Below are positions 25,928 through 37,907 of a DNA stretch of 64,000 nucleotides, one piece after another (the first letter of the stretch is position 1; every line of letters starts with the position of its first letter). The notes beneath the pieces are model-generated. The model searched no databases. It saw nothing but the letters and a program-made list of their open reading frames with translations, and had not been told where the DNA came from. The stretch covers positions 1-64,000 of the forward strand of contig ADNK01000546.1 of NCBI GenBank assembly GCA_000320545.1. The letters run 5' to 3'. Both the position numbers and the translations under genes were made by a program. This DNA comes from Bigelowiella natans CCMP2755. Taxonomy: Eukaryota; Protista; Cercozoa.

Positions 25928-28711
25928 TCATTGGCGATAGTTTGAATGGCGCCGTCGCAGTCCATCAAGTTCGCGGGATGCTGGTGACGATGAGCCATGG
26001 TGTCCGTCGTCGACATCGTTAAGAGGCGACGCCATCTTGTTCTTGCTGCCTTCAATCATTGGAGGTAAGCGTTTCAATTCATGCCCAGTGGTGACATCAA
26101 CCATTGTAGGTGGGGCAAGGACTTTCGAATCGTCTCCTATCCTCGGAAGAGATGATGACAATGCTATTGCTGATGCAGATGGTGGCAGAATGAGAGGGCG
26201 AACATTTGTCGTATTTGTTCTTCCATCGAACATGTGTGCATTTTCACGAGCTAATCTCGCCGCTACTACACCGTCCGCTCTTCTAATAAGGGCCATGTTT
26301 ACCACAATGTGTAGTATTCCAACGGCAATCAGCCGATACAACGTTCTTGTGGTCTGCTGCCCCTGTTGCTCGTTGCCTGTTAACTGCCAGAAATCAAGAA
26401 TAATTTTAGGCAGTCGCCTCTTAAGTAGAGAAAGTAGCGTTGGAGGGGAAGAACGTAGAAGCAGCAAGAAGGCGGTCCAAAGGAGGCAGGCAAATATCGG
26501 TAGGTAGACGCGAATGAAATACAGCCACGTGTTCTTGAGCTGGTACTGATGGTCTTTTCTCCCTTGATGATGATGATGATGATGCCCTAGCATTTTGCTA
26601 CCGTTATGATAGGGCAAGTGCGAGATCCAGATCAAAACACCACACGTTAGCACCGGGGGGGCAGTCATCACCATGCTTGCTGAGCCGATAAGCGCCACGT
26701 GTACGTAAAGCAACAACATCACCATGTTGGCAACTAAATGCCAAAGGGGAATCATCATCATTATCATCCCATCTTGCTCTCGTGGTTGAGGAAAGATTGT
26801 GATGTTAGAAGAGTATCTTCGATGATTATCCTCGAGATACTAACAATAGAAGGAGGAAAAGGGGGTGAACGAAAGTTGTGAGCGAGGAGGTGATGCTTGC
26901 ATTGTGGACTTTTGTTTTGCGTATTATTTGTGTGCGCGCACGCGCGCGCGTGTGTGTGTATACATAATTGTAATTACCTTCCACAAACGTTGTGTCATCG
27001 AAGGTGTACGAGTAAGGCCCTGGCATATTAGGTTTACCAAATGAATATTTATGTAGATAATATCATAACATGCATGCCCACATAAAAAGCGTACCACCCA
27101 ATCATTCTTCATGATATTTGATTCGTTAAGTGCTTGAGGGCTATGATGTGTTCAGTTTGAGCTTTTGTTCATTTTACTATCTCTCCCCTCACCCATTGCC
27201 CATCATACCGTGCGTCGTCGTTTTCCAACAGCGGTTGCAGCAGAAACATGTCGCATACGTGAGTTTGAAGGGACGAAGGGAGGTGAGTGTGGAGGCGTGA
27301 CTAACTGTCGTTCTCCTCCCATTTTGCTCTCACCATCATTGCCACCTCCAGCATCATCTGGCAGCGGAAAAACTGTTGTTGTTGTTGTTGCTGCTGCTGC
27401 GGAAGTAGAAGGATTATGTGGCGTTGATGATACCGACGATGTCGTGATTGATGCCACAGGCTTCGTTATTGGTGCTGCCCCTCTTCTTTCTCCCGAAACC
27501 ATTACAGTAGAGGTTCCATCACCACCACCACCGTCATGATCATCATCATCTGAAATGATAGCATACTCCACTACTGCTGCATCTAATGTCTCGATGCTAT
27601 CCTCCCTGTTCAAACCACTGCCCTTCATGATCGGGGAAGAAGAAGTTGTTGAAGAGGATATGATAGGCGTACTAGACGTAACAACAATTTCCCCTCCTCT
27701 GTTACCACGAGGATCACTATAACCATGATTATCAACAACATCTTTGCTACTTCCTCCTCCTCCTCGCCCCAGCCCTCCGTTTGCTCTCCTCCTCCTCCTA
27801 GATGCCGGCATCTCTGTTTCCATCCTTGCGACCGACGTCGCTGCCCCAACCTCTCCCTCTTCCTTGGACTTCGCAGCTAAGATTGCAGTTTGGAGTATTT
27901 GTAGTACAGCCGACATCTTCATTCGGTCCTTTGGATCCACCCTAAATGATTATTTATCACGTAACAATAATATCATATTGCTAAGAAGAGAGGAGGAAAC
28001 TAGCAACTGGAAAACAAGTAGTAGTAGTAGTAGTAGGAGGAGGAGGAGGAGGAAGAGGAGGTAGGAGTAGTAAGAGGAGAAGGAGTAGCCTCAGTAATAC
28101 CTCATTAGGCCTTTGACCAACATTTCCAACTCCCTTGGCCTTTTCAGGTCCAGGTTCTCCAACTTAAGTTTCTTCGAGTATATCAACTACGATGATGATG
28201 ATGGTGGTGGTGGTAGTGGTGACGATAATAGTAAGAACAGTGATCGTTTGAACGATGACGATATACTCGTTATGCTAGACTGAAAAGATGTGATGAGCTC
28301 CGTTTACGACGATTAATGAAATGAAGTGACTGTAATATTTTTATAGTTTTGATACTTCTTTCTTTCTATTTCTCTCTTCAACAGTACCTCTTTCATTGCC
28401 TCTGCCGTATCAGCTTCATAGGGTAGATCCGAATACATCATCACGTACAGCATGGCGCCAACGCTCCACATGTCAGATGCTTCCGTGTAAGGCTGCATAA
28501 CCGTGTTTGGCATTAAAGATATGCTGTCCGTTTCATCATCATCATCATCATCATCATCATTATGACTATCATCACCACAACATAAAATTATGAACAACTA
28601 GTTTCAATATACGTTTGGATATTTGATGTCTGGCACCAAGGCCTCAGGAGCCATGTAAGCAACCGTGCTGCATACAAAAATTAGCACATCCTACTCAGAG
28701 TGGTGGTGGTT

Positions 28712-28748
<37 letters not shown>

Positions 28749-31592
28749 GATATCATCGACCAAGTTGTTTCACTACCCGTAATTTCCTATGCCTTGAAAT
28801 CCGTGCTTGGACATCTGCCATCACACCACAGAGAATACAAATGATGATAATCAGCATACGGTAAGTAACACAAAGCTGATGGTGGTGGTGGTGCTATTAG
28901 CGTTGGATGTCGGGGATATGTTGCTAAATGTTGATGGACAATCTGAGAATGGCCTTCTTCGTGTTGTTGGGCGATATAATATGCAGGATTTGTCTTATTC
29001 ATTTTGTTCTGCCCAGTGCATTTTAAAATACTTAATAATGTAAAAATTATCATCGTCGTCGTCATCGTCGTCTTCTTCGTCGCTGCCGCCGTTGTGATCA
29101 TTCTTCCTAGTACCAGCGCATACAGATGCACACACTTCACACTTCAGCCCACCTTTGTCCCCTTAAAGTACGTTTGTCCAAAGTCAGAAATTAGCAGTCT
29201 GAAGGGAGGTCGGAAGTCTTTCTCCTGCTGCTGCTGCTGCTGCTGCTTTTCATCACCAAGATGCGGAGAATCTCGATGACTTCGATAATGAGGATCCTTA
29301 TGCCGAAGATCATCGTTGTTTCCAATGTCGCCATCGTCGTGCATGAAGACATCCTCGCTGTCTCCCACTTCATCACTCCTCTCGTGCTTTCGATGAGGAG
29401 GAATTCGGTTAAAATGATAATGAATGCTGTCGCGTTTTATCAGGATGTTTTCTGGCTTTAGATCGCGATGAATCAGCCCGGCATTGTGAAGGTGATTAAG
29501 GCCCTATATGTATGTATGTATGTGTGTATGCTAATGGTGGTTCGTTATGATGAGGATGATGATAATGATGATGGTGATGATGATCTATGTTAATAGTAGA
29601 GGAAAGAGGGGTGATAATAATAAACATATCCATCTTATATTATATTTGCTGGAAAAACAGCATAGAAAGACTACGAAATTGACCACTTGTGTAAGAATAT
29701 GACTAAAACCTGGCAGATATCGTCAATGAAATAACGAATCGTAGAGTTGTCGAGTGTTCTTGGACGGTTGATAGAACCAGGCCAGATGTACTTGGCCAGG
29801 TTCCCTGACAGACGACAGCAGCAGCAAGAAACAACAAATGCTTGATCATCATGATCATACCGTCAAGTATAACATTTAGTAATAGTAGTAGTAGTAGTAG
29901 TAGTAGTAGTATAGTAGTAGTAGTAGTAGCATATGTACACTCAGTGTGGGAAATAAATCATTCATTGCTATCATAACATTAAACAAAACATATACACCAC
30001 ACAGATATACAACCGTGATCAGCATATTCCATAAGGACGAATAGGCAAGGCACCACAGGAGCAAATTGAGAGTTACGTGAATGCTATGTGGAGAAGCAGG
30101 TAGAGAGGAAGAGGCAGCAACAAAAGTGAGACCAACCAGCGACAATGGAAACCACCATGAATGATCAGGCAAAGAGTGCAGTGAATTAATTGAACTGCTT
30201 TGCTATCATCATTTCAGCTTCATTATCATCATCATCATCATCATCAGAATAAGCATCTTTCTTATTATCCTCACCTCCAGCCAGCTGTGCTTATAATCGA
30301 CAATATTCTTGTGATGCAATGTCTGCAGAATCGTTACTTCTTTCAGCACCTTTAGACACCATCTGGAAGAGCAGAAATCAAGGACAACAAGAAGAAGAAT
30401 AAGCGAAGAAGAGACACACAAAATATTCCTGAATACTCCAGCAGCGCAAATTCACTGGAAGCGTTAATCGTCGTCGTCATTTATCCCATGCTACACCCTC
30501 CTCCTCTTCCCCATTGTTTATGATATACAGCAGGATATGATGTTGCTTGTTTGCACGTACGTGGTGGAGTCTCCCACAGGTATTTTCTTTACAGCAAAAG
30601 CGCCTAAAACGACCCCTTGCAGCTTGTGATGGCAAAGGAACACAGCACCAAAAGAACCGCATCCCAGCATCCTCTTCTCCTCAAAGAACCTTAAGATAGT
30701 ACGGGGGGGAAATCACACGCTACCATCGGAGACGGCCACATCTTCTACTACTGCTACTTCTACTTGCTAATGAACGTGTGCAGTACCGTTTGTAGTATCC
30801 TTCATTAAACGCATCTGATGGAAGAGCTTCCCCATATCTACTACTAGCCTCCTGCTGCTGATGCTGCTGCTTTTTCTTGCGGCCTTCGTTCTTAATCCCT
30901 TCCTGGTCTTCCTTTTCTTTTGTCGCCCCTGTTGCAAAGTCGTTATCATATACTCATGGTCATCATCATCACCACGATACATCTGAGATCATCAGAATCA
31001 GAAGTATATAAAATTGTAGGAGTAAACGACAAAGTACTAGGGATGGAGGTCTGGCAATTCAGTAGATTGCTCGATAGGAGCTGTGGCAAGAAAGAGGGAG
31101 GGCATTCGTACACCTACCTCTGATTACGCCATCATCATCATCATTATCATGATTATCCTGATTTCCGGTGGCATCTTTGGTTTTTTGGTCCTCCTCTAGG
31201 TGGGGATGGTTGTCGTCATCGTCGTATTCTGCTCCCCCTTCTCCTCCTCTACTATAAAGCCGTGGCAACTTATCAATCAACAGGAAGTAGTCTGGCGTCA
31301 CTTGAGGGTCCTGAAGTAGTTGCGGATGAAAGGGAGTGTTATAGTGGTAGTAACAAATAAGTAAACAAGTAGCAAAGGATGGGTTAAAATTAGAACTCTC
31401 TCTCTACTGCAACCACCAATATTGCCCTCGTAGTCCTCCTTGAAGTCACTGCTGCCGCAGCAGCTTCTGCGTGCTCTCTAGCGCGTTTCGTCCTGCAGTG
31501 GTTGAATTGGAAAGAAGCCGTTTCCTGCCCGCACAGTGGACAATAGTTCTTCCGCTCCTACGAGTATTATTATTATCATAATTATTATTATC

Positions 31593-31629
<37 letters not shown>

Positions 31630-32310
31630 GTTTTGGTATGTGTATGTGGATACTATGTGAATCTGACGGAGAGGCATCATCACCGTCCATGGCTCGTTCC
31701 ATATTGATATTTAGCATGATGCTAATACTGCCCCCTCCTTCCCCACCACCACGTACTACGCGGCAACACAAACAGAAGAGGAGTATGGGTAACTAGGAAG
31801 AAGAAGTACCTGACTGGCGCTCTCTGCATCATTTGCTTTCACAACGACGTATTTGCGCTTACCTCGATTGTAAAGCACCATATTCTTGCCGATAGGATCT
31901 TTCCTGAGATTTAATTTGCAAGTGTGGTATGAGTGTTAGCACCGCTGGGAAGATAATGGCAGCATCCGAATAGTGGTCCTTTGAATTAATCCATCGTCAC
32001 CGCCCCACTCATACATACAGACAGTCACGCGACTTACAGGACAACTTGCCAGTCTCTTGTATGATCCGCCACGACAAGCTGGTGTGGATACTGGGGCAGG
32101 AGAGAGCTGCTATCATCGGCACCTGGGAGGGGGAGGGGGAGGGGGAGGAGGAGGTGATACATTGAAAGTCAAGAATTTGGGTATTGTTTTATTTAATGTC
32201 CATATTAGGAGTTAAGTGGCAGCCACTTTTCTACCTTCCCGGGCACCACTTCCTTGTCCAATCCTTGCTTCTTTTGCATTCTTAACATCTCCACCAGCCC
32301 CTTGTATCTG
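25928..32310 (-). CDS. IKS1: IKS1-like Ser/Thr protein kinase with C-terminal transmembrane segments (5' end may extend to ~33400)
   Basis: WQVVL, CPLCGQ, PDYFLLI, RFFEEKRMLGCGSFGAVFLCHHKLQGVVLGAFAVKKIPVGD..WCLKVLKEV.ILQTLHHKNIVDYKHSWLE, HRDLKPENIL, ISDFG, YMAPE, DMWSVG. Phase-0 splicing joins the kinase to the hydrophobic ORF 25928-26767. Confidence 0.82.
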
Positions 32311-32613
32311 CTAGTTCGTACATTTAGTGTCAGAATTACTACGTCACTGATACTATAATATTACTACACTACTACTACTAATAATAATAATAATAGTAAT
32401 AATGGCGTGAGTAAAATTCGAAAAACTGTATTCTGTCTCACTTTCTCTCCTTAAACTCAGAAATTCCATTTTCAAATACAGTATTATTACATGTACCAAA
32501 ATAAGGTAAGCGCCGGTTTTGATTGTATTTAATAATCATTCGAACTGGGATTCTCTCTCCTATTCTCCCTCGCTACCGCAATATCCTCATTCTCTCTTGA
32601 GATTTAAAAAGGC

Positions 32614-32659
<46 letters not shown>

Positions 32660-33409
32660 AACGTTTGAAATCCGGGCGCGCTTGTGAGGCGGTGAAGTCG
32701 TAGTGGAATCGCATACCACGTGCCTTCCTTCCAGATTTAAAATGTTCGGAGTTTGATGAGTGACAGAGGTATTTTCTCCTTCTTTATCCTCTCTCAGATC
32801 CTCCTCCATCGGGCGTGTATCCCGGCTATGCTCCTCTTGCTATAAAACACGGCAGTGAGAAACCAGAACAACCGTAATCCGGCGAATCAGTATTTTCCTA
32901 CATCTAATATCTGAGCTTTTCTTTCTAATGACGGTGTATGGATAAGCTTCAAAAGATACGAAGACCTTCTTGTACACAAATTTTGTGTGCAAGCATTGGT
33001 TTGAAGGTAAACAAAATGTTCTTCCGAAGCATGAGCGGAAATCCGAAAGGAACGTGGACAAAATTGTGATAAATTGAAAATCTCCACGTTCCATACACAA
33101 CGATGTATAACATAGCACGTAAAGGTCCGCGGCTTTGATGCTCAAATGCGCCTGGCCGGTGAGTATGAAAAGGTTTGTACCATGGCTACCCGTGACAATG
33201 ACCCTTCTTTCAAAAAGATGACGGGAAGCAGAAAAATGCTTCATTGTTTCGAAATAAGCAGTGCGTTTCTTGCTGTTAAGATTTCATTAAAGTTGTCGCA
33301 ATGGGAAAAACAAGCGCAATTTACCGGTAATCAAACATCTGTGATCCTTCTCAGTCGGCGAGGTCTGTTCTTGTCCGGTTGCTTGTCATCATTGCGTCGT
33401 CGTCATTTG

Positions 33410-34330
33410 GGTGCAGTCTAGTAGTTGTGATGCTTCTCAATGCTTAGATCGTGCCAATTTGCATGATCCCCGCTAGTTTACTAGTTAGTCTAGTAGTCAT
33501 CACTGAAGCCAGTTCGAGTCACTGCTAGACTGCATTTCGTGCACTGCAAGTGTCTTGCCACACTTTGGAAGTGTGGTTTTTCATCATTGATGTAGTTCTT
33601 TGTCATTGTTCATTGTTCATTGTTCATTGTTCATTGTTCTCATTGTTCTCATTCATGCCTGAGTGAATCGAATGTTTGAAAGTACAAGATGTGGTCTGCT
33701 CTCGGGGTGCCATTTTTCACATTTGCGCGGTCTAGCGGTGCATGCTTGCTAGCTTGCTAGCTTGCGCAGCCGTGCGTGAACCTCGTCATCCTGTCCAGCT
33801 CTGTGCCAGCATGCTCTGGTCAGTCCTGGAGTCCAGCAGTGCTGGTGTGGCACATCCACGCAACTAGCTAGCTAGGCATGCTTGACAACTCTGCAGGTCT
33901 AGAGGTCCAATGGTGCACAGACAACGCAACTAGAAAGTGTGGTTCTAGACGTGCGTAGCACTGCTAGCAGACTGCTCTGGATCTGGACTAGCTAGTTAGC
34001 TAGTCTAGTAGTGTGCTACGTGCTCGCGTGGATGTTCCTGTCATTTAGCCGCCTTCCTGTGACCTAATTGCTAGCCTACACTAGTACAGCGCGAGTTCCA
34101 AAATCATGGTGATCATAAACTGCGAGAGCGTGAACACTAGAACGTACAAATGCATGTCGCAACGTTAGGAAGCCCCCCCTCCCCCCCTAGCTAGCTAGCT
34201 AGCTAGCCCCGTTGTGTAGTTGCGGCGCGCAAGTTTCATGACGAACACAATGCCATGACCATGCTAGCATGGCAAATGACAATCGTTGCTACACGACTGG
34301 ATTGATGATGACACATAGAGAAACGTGATG
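33410..34330. other. CTAG-rich, TpA-poor island downstream of the kinesin gene, with a (CATTGTT)n repeat
   Basis: ctagctagctag arrays; the motif at 33590-33650 is the reverse complement of the motif at ~19085-19125. Confidence 0.65.
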
Positions 34331-34542
34331 CATGCTCATTCGCGGAAATTAGCTAAAACTAGTTATAAAATAAACATCTAAATCAAGGATTTAATAGTTC
34401 AGACATACAGACAAACTTGAGGGAAGTTCATCGTCTTGAAATTATTTCATTGGGCTAAGCTTGAGTTAAATCTAGAAATGTGCTCTTTGAACTTGCCACC
34501 AACACGTGCTTGATTGGACATGAGTACGCAAGAGAATAGTTA

Positions 34543-36587
34543 CTACGCCGGATTAAATTTCTTAATTGTTTGGCGTAATAAGCGCATGCGCGAGACGGAA
34601 GAACCCTTCCCACCTTCCGATTCCTGTGAAAAAAAATAGAGTCTGATGACTAGGAGGCCGGTGCTACTTCGATTGGAGACTACCTTTTTCGCTTCAGTAG
34701 TACCCTTGGTGCGCCTTGGCTTAAAATTTCCTTTAATGATGGATCCACACAAAAATAGTGGGGTGGAGAAAAATCGCAATCGTGAAGTCTGTGAATAGCT
34801 CTAGCAGCAGGCAGCAGCATTGAGAAAAAGGTAAAACAACTCTAATCGAACAAACACTTTACCTGTATGTTTAGTGCTTGTAGGATGTTTGCTACTACTG
34901 CTAGTGTTGCTGTCCCCTTTGTACACAACTGTGTTGAACTCATCCGCCTGCGATGAAAACATACGAGAACACACACGCGCTTGTTATTCTTCAATAAATT
35001 GTGATATATGTATGGTGCAAGTTGTATGATCCACTAGTAGCTCATGGATTATGCACTCTAGCTTCAAAATCGACACTACCAGAGAATTGAATTGGTCCGA
35101 GAGCGATGAAAACGAAGGCCCTGTACCTCCTCTATAATCAAGATGATTAGAACTGCTTGTGGTGCTGCTGCTGCCATTGTTTGTAGCATTGCCACCGCGG
35201 CTGCCATTAATTGATGATGATCCTGATGAAGCGGCAGCGGCGCCAGAAGAGCCAGCATCTAAACTCGTTTTACTGAAGCAGATACGATGGATTCCACAAG
35301 TCACAGTAAGAACATTACCGCAATGACAACCCAGATTTAGAACTCATGAGGTAAATAGGGGGGGGGGGGGACTTAGAGGAAGAAAAGGGGGGTCGTAGTT
35401 ATTACTGTTCCTTGGCTATATACATATACAGCTAACGGCAACATTAACTTCAAAAGGGCTAATTATTCACTTCTCATAAGAATATAATAACATCGAAAGC
35501 TTACCTCTCCCTACGCTGATGCCTAGAAGAAGACGACGATGATGATGATGTAGCATGATTGTGAGATTCCCCTCTAGGCGACATTTGGCTTTGCAGGATC
35601 TTCTCACGATGCCTATACATTCCCGTATAGCTGCTCTTGTCAGTGAGACGTGAGAACACATCCTTAGAAGAGGAGTGCCCGTTTGCGTTGGAGGAAGATG
35701 AACCAGACTTTTCTTCTGCCACAGACCTTGATCTTGACCTCGATCTCGCTGGGTGGTGCCCGTTGCTATCTGTGTGGCTATGTGGGGTAGGATGTGAAGA
35801 ATGGTGATGGCTGTCATTCGAAGAGCCGTCGTTGTTGTGCCCGCTGCCACCACTGCCAGTATGATGTTTCCCAGCAAAGCGCGTTTTGTACATGCCAGTG
35901 AAGTTGGACGTATCCGTGAGTCGGTCGAAAACTGATGAGGAAGACTGCGACGATGATCCTCCCTTATCGTTACTTGAGGAGTGGTGCCCATTACCGCTGC
36001 TACTGTGCGAAGTGGTGGCAGTGGAAAGTGTGGGCTGCGATGATGATGCAGAGCTTAGATTCGCTGACCCCCCCCCTACACCGGTGCTGAAATGGTACCC
36101 GCTCCCGCCACCATATCCGCTACGAACCTTATCGCGTCGCTTGGAGGCCCTATGATGATGCAATACGGTACTCATTGAACGAACAAACGAACGCCAGATG
36201 TGCCATCATCATCATCATCATCATCATCTTTCCATGCAAAATAAACAAGAAGGGCTGGTGCTTTACCTGTCCTTGGCGCGGGTCTTATAAACACCCGTGA
36301 ATGTGGCCTGATCAGTCAACCGATCGAATACACTAGGATATTTGCTTTTACTGCCACCTCCTGTCCCATGGTGGCTGCTACTGCCAGTAGTTGTTGTTGT
36401 GTTATTTCCGGTGGAGGACGAACTTGATACGTGATGAGAACCACTCCCTCCTGTGCTACTACTGCCGTGTACTCCGGAAGATCCTGACAAATAAAAGCAG
36501 ATATAAGGACCGTAGTATGTGCAGGAGACTACAGCAATTGTCGCATTTAGTGTTACATAATATCCATAATAAGGTGATAAGCTACGA

Positions 36588-36633
<46 letters not shown>

Positions 36634-37867
36634 GATGAGGGTACCAAAAACTAGATATGTAGATTCAAATTGGATGCCACGTACGGCGAAAATAAAAAAG
36701 TAATTGTGTCTATGCTGGTATAACCATAACTATTATCATCTTCTGGATGCTGCTGCTGCTGCTGCTGCTGCAGCAAATATCCTTTGCTGCCATTAAAATC
36801 ACTTTGGCCACTTATACTGAGACTAGTGCTAAGACTAGTGCTATTTCTCATTACACTACTACTCTTCCCATCATCATCATCATCATCTAAATCAACGTCT
36901 CCGCCATCGTTTAGGCTTGCTCCAGTACTGCCACCACCTCCACTAACACTACTACGTTTTGATCGTCCAGCCTCCATCCTCCTCCTATTGTCTTCCTCCC
37001 CTTCCCCTTTACTTCCACCACCCTCTCCTTCGCAAAACGCTGCTGCTCCCCTTGGCTTTCTCCCTCTCGGACTCCTTCTATCCGGTGGAGGCCCCATCTG
37101 CAAGTTGCGGGAATTAGGGAGAGACCGTCGAGGCTGTCGGTGATGTTGACCGCTCGGTGTCGCCGTAGTCGTCGTTGTCGTCGTCGTCGTCGTACGATGG
37201 AGTTCCTGCTGGGCCCTTTTGAAATGATTTACAGGCGATTTTGCCCTGGAGATGAGAGCTGCCAAGGGCGTCTGTGAGCGTATCATGGCCGGGATAGACT
37301 CGGATGACCGTCGCGACAACGATGAACGGTTGTTTGAGCTTGCTCGTCGTCTTCGAGCGTAAGTGGATGCCGGGCGGGATGAGCTCCGACGTGTCGAGGA
37401 AGTGGAAGAAGTTAGCCTGGGGGGAGAAGAAGGCAGAGGCTGCTGCTTCCGAGATGATGATGATGATGACGACGATGATGTCGTCGCATTTCCCTTTTGG
37501 TGCTCTGACCACTCCTTCAGCGAAAACTTCTTTGATTGAAATATTATTAACTTGGACAAGTCCTCGATCTGGCTATCAAGGGCTGCATCAAGGGCTGCTT
37601 CCCGTGCGTTGTCGCATCGTCGATGTGAAATGGAATCGACGAGTAAATATGAAAAGAAAGACCAAACAAACAAGAGCCACCCCCAAATGCCAATAATGTG
37701 CCCGTGAACAAAACCCCAGCCAACACCATTTCGTGATTCAAAGGTGATGATGAAACCAATTTCAGAATGGTGGTGTGTCCAAAATTGGAAAATAATAATA
37801 AAATTTATCGATTGATCGACATTCCAAAGCAGCAGCATAGATTTTCAAGTAGATAGTGCATGTATGT

Positions 37868-37907
<40 letters not shown>

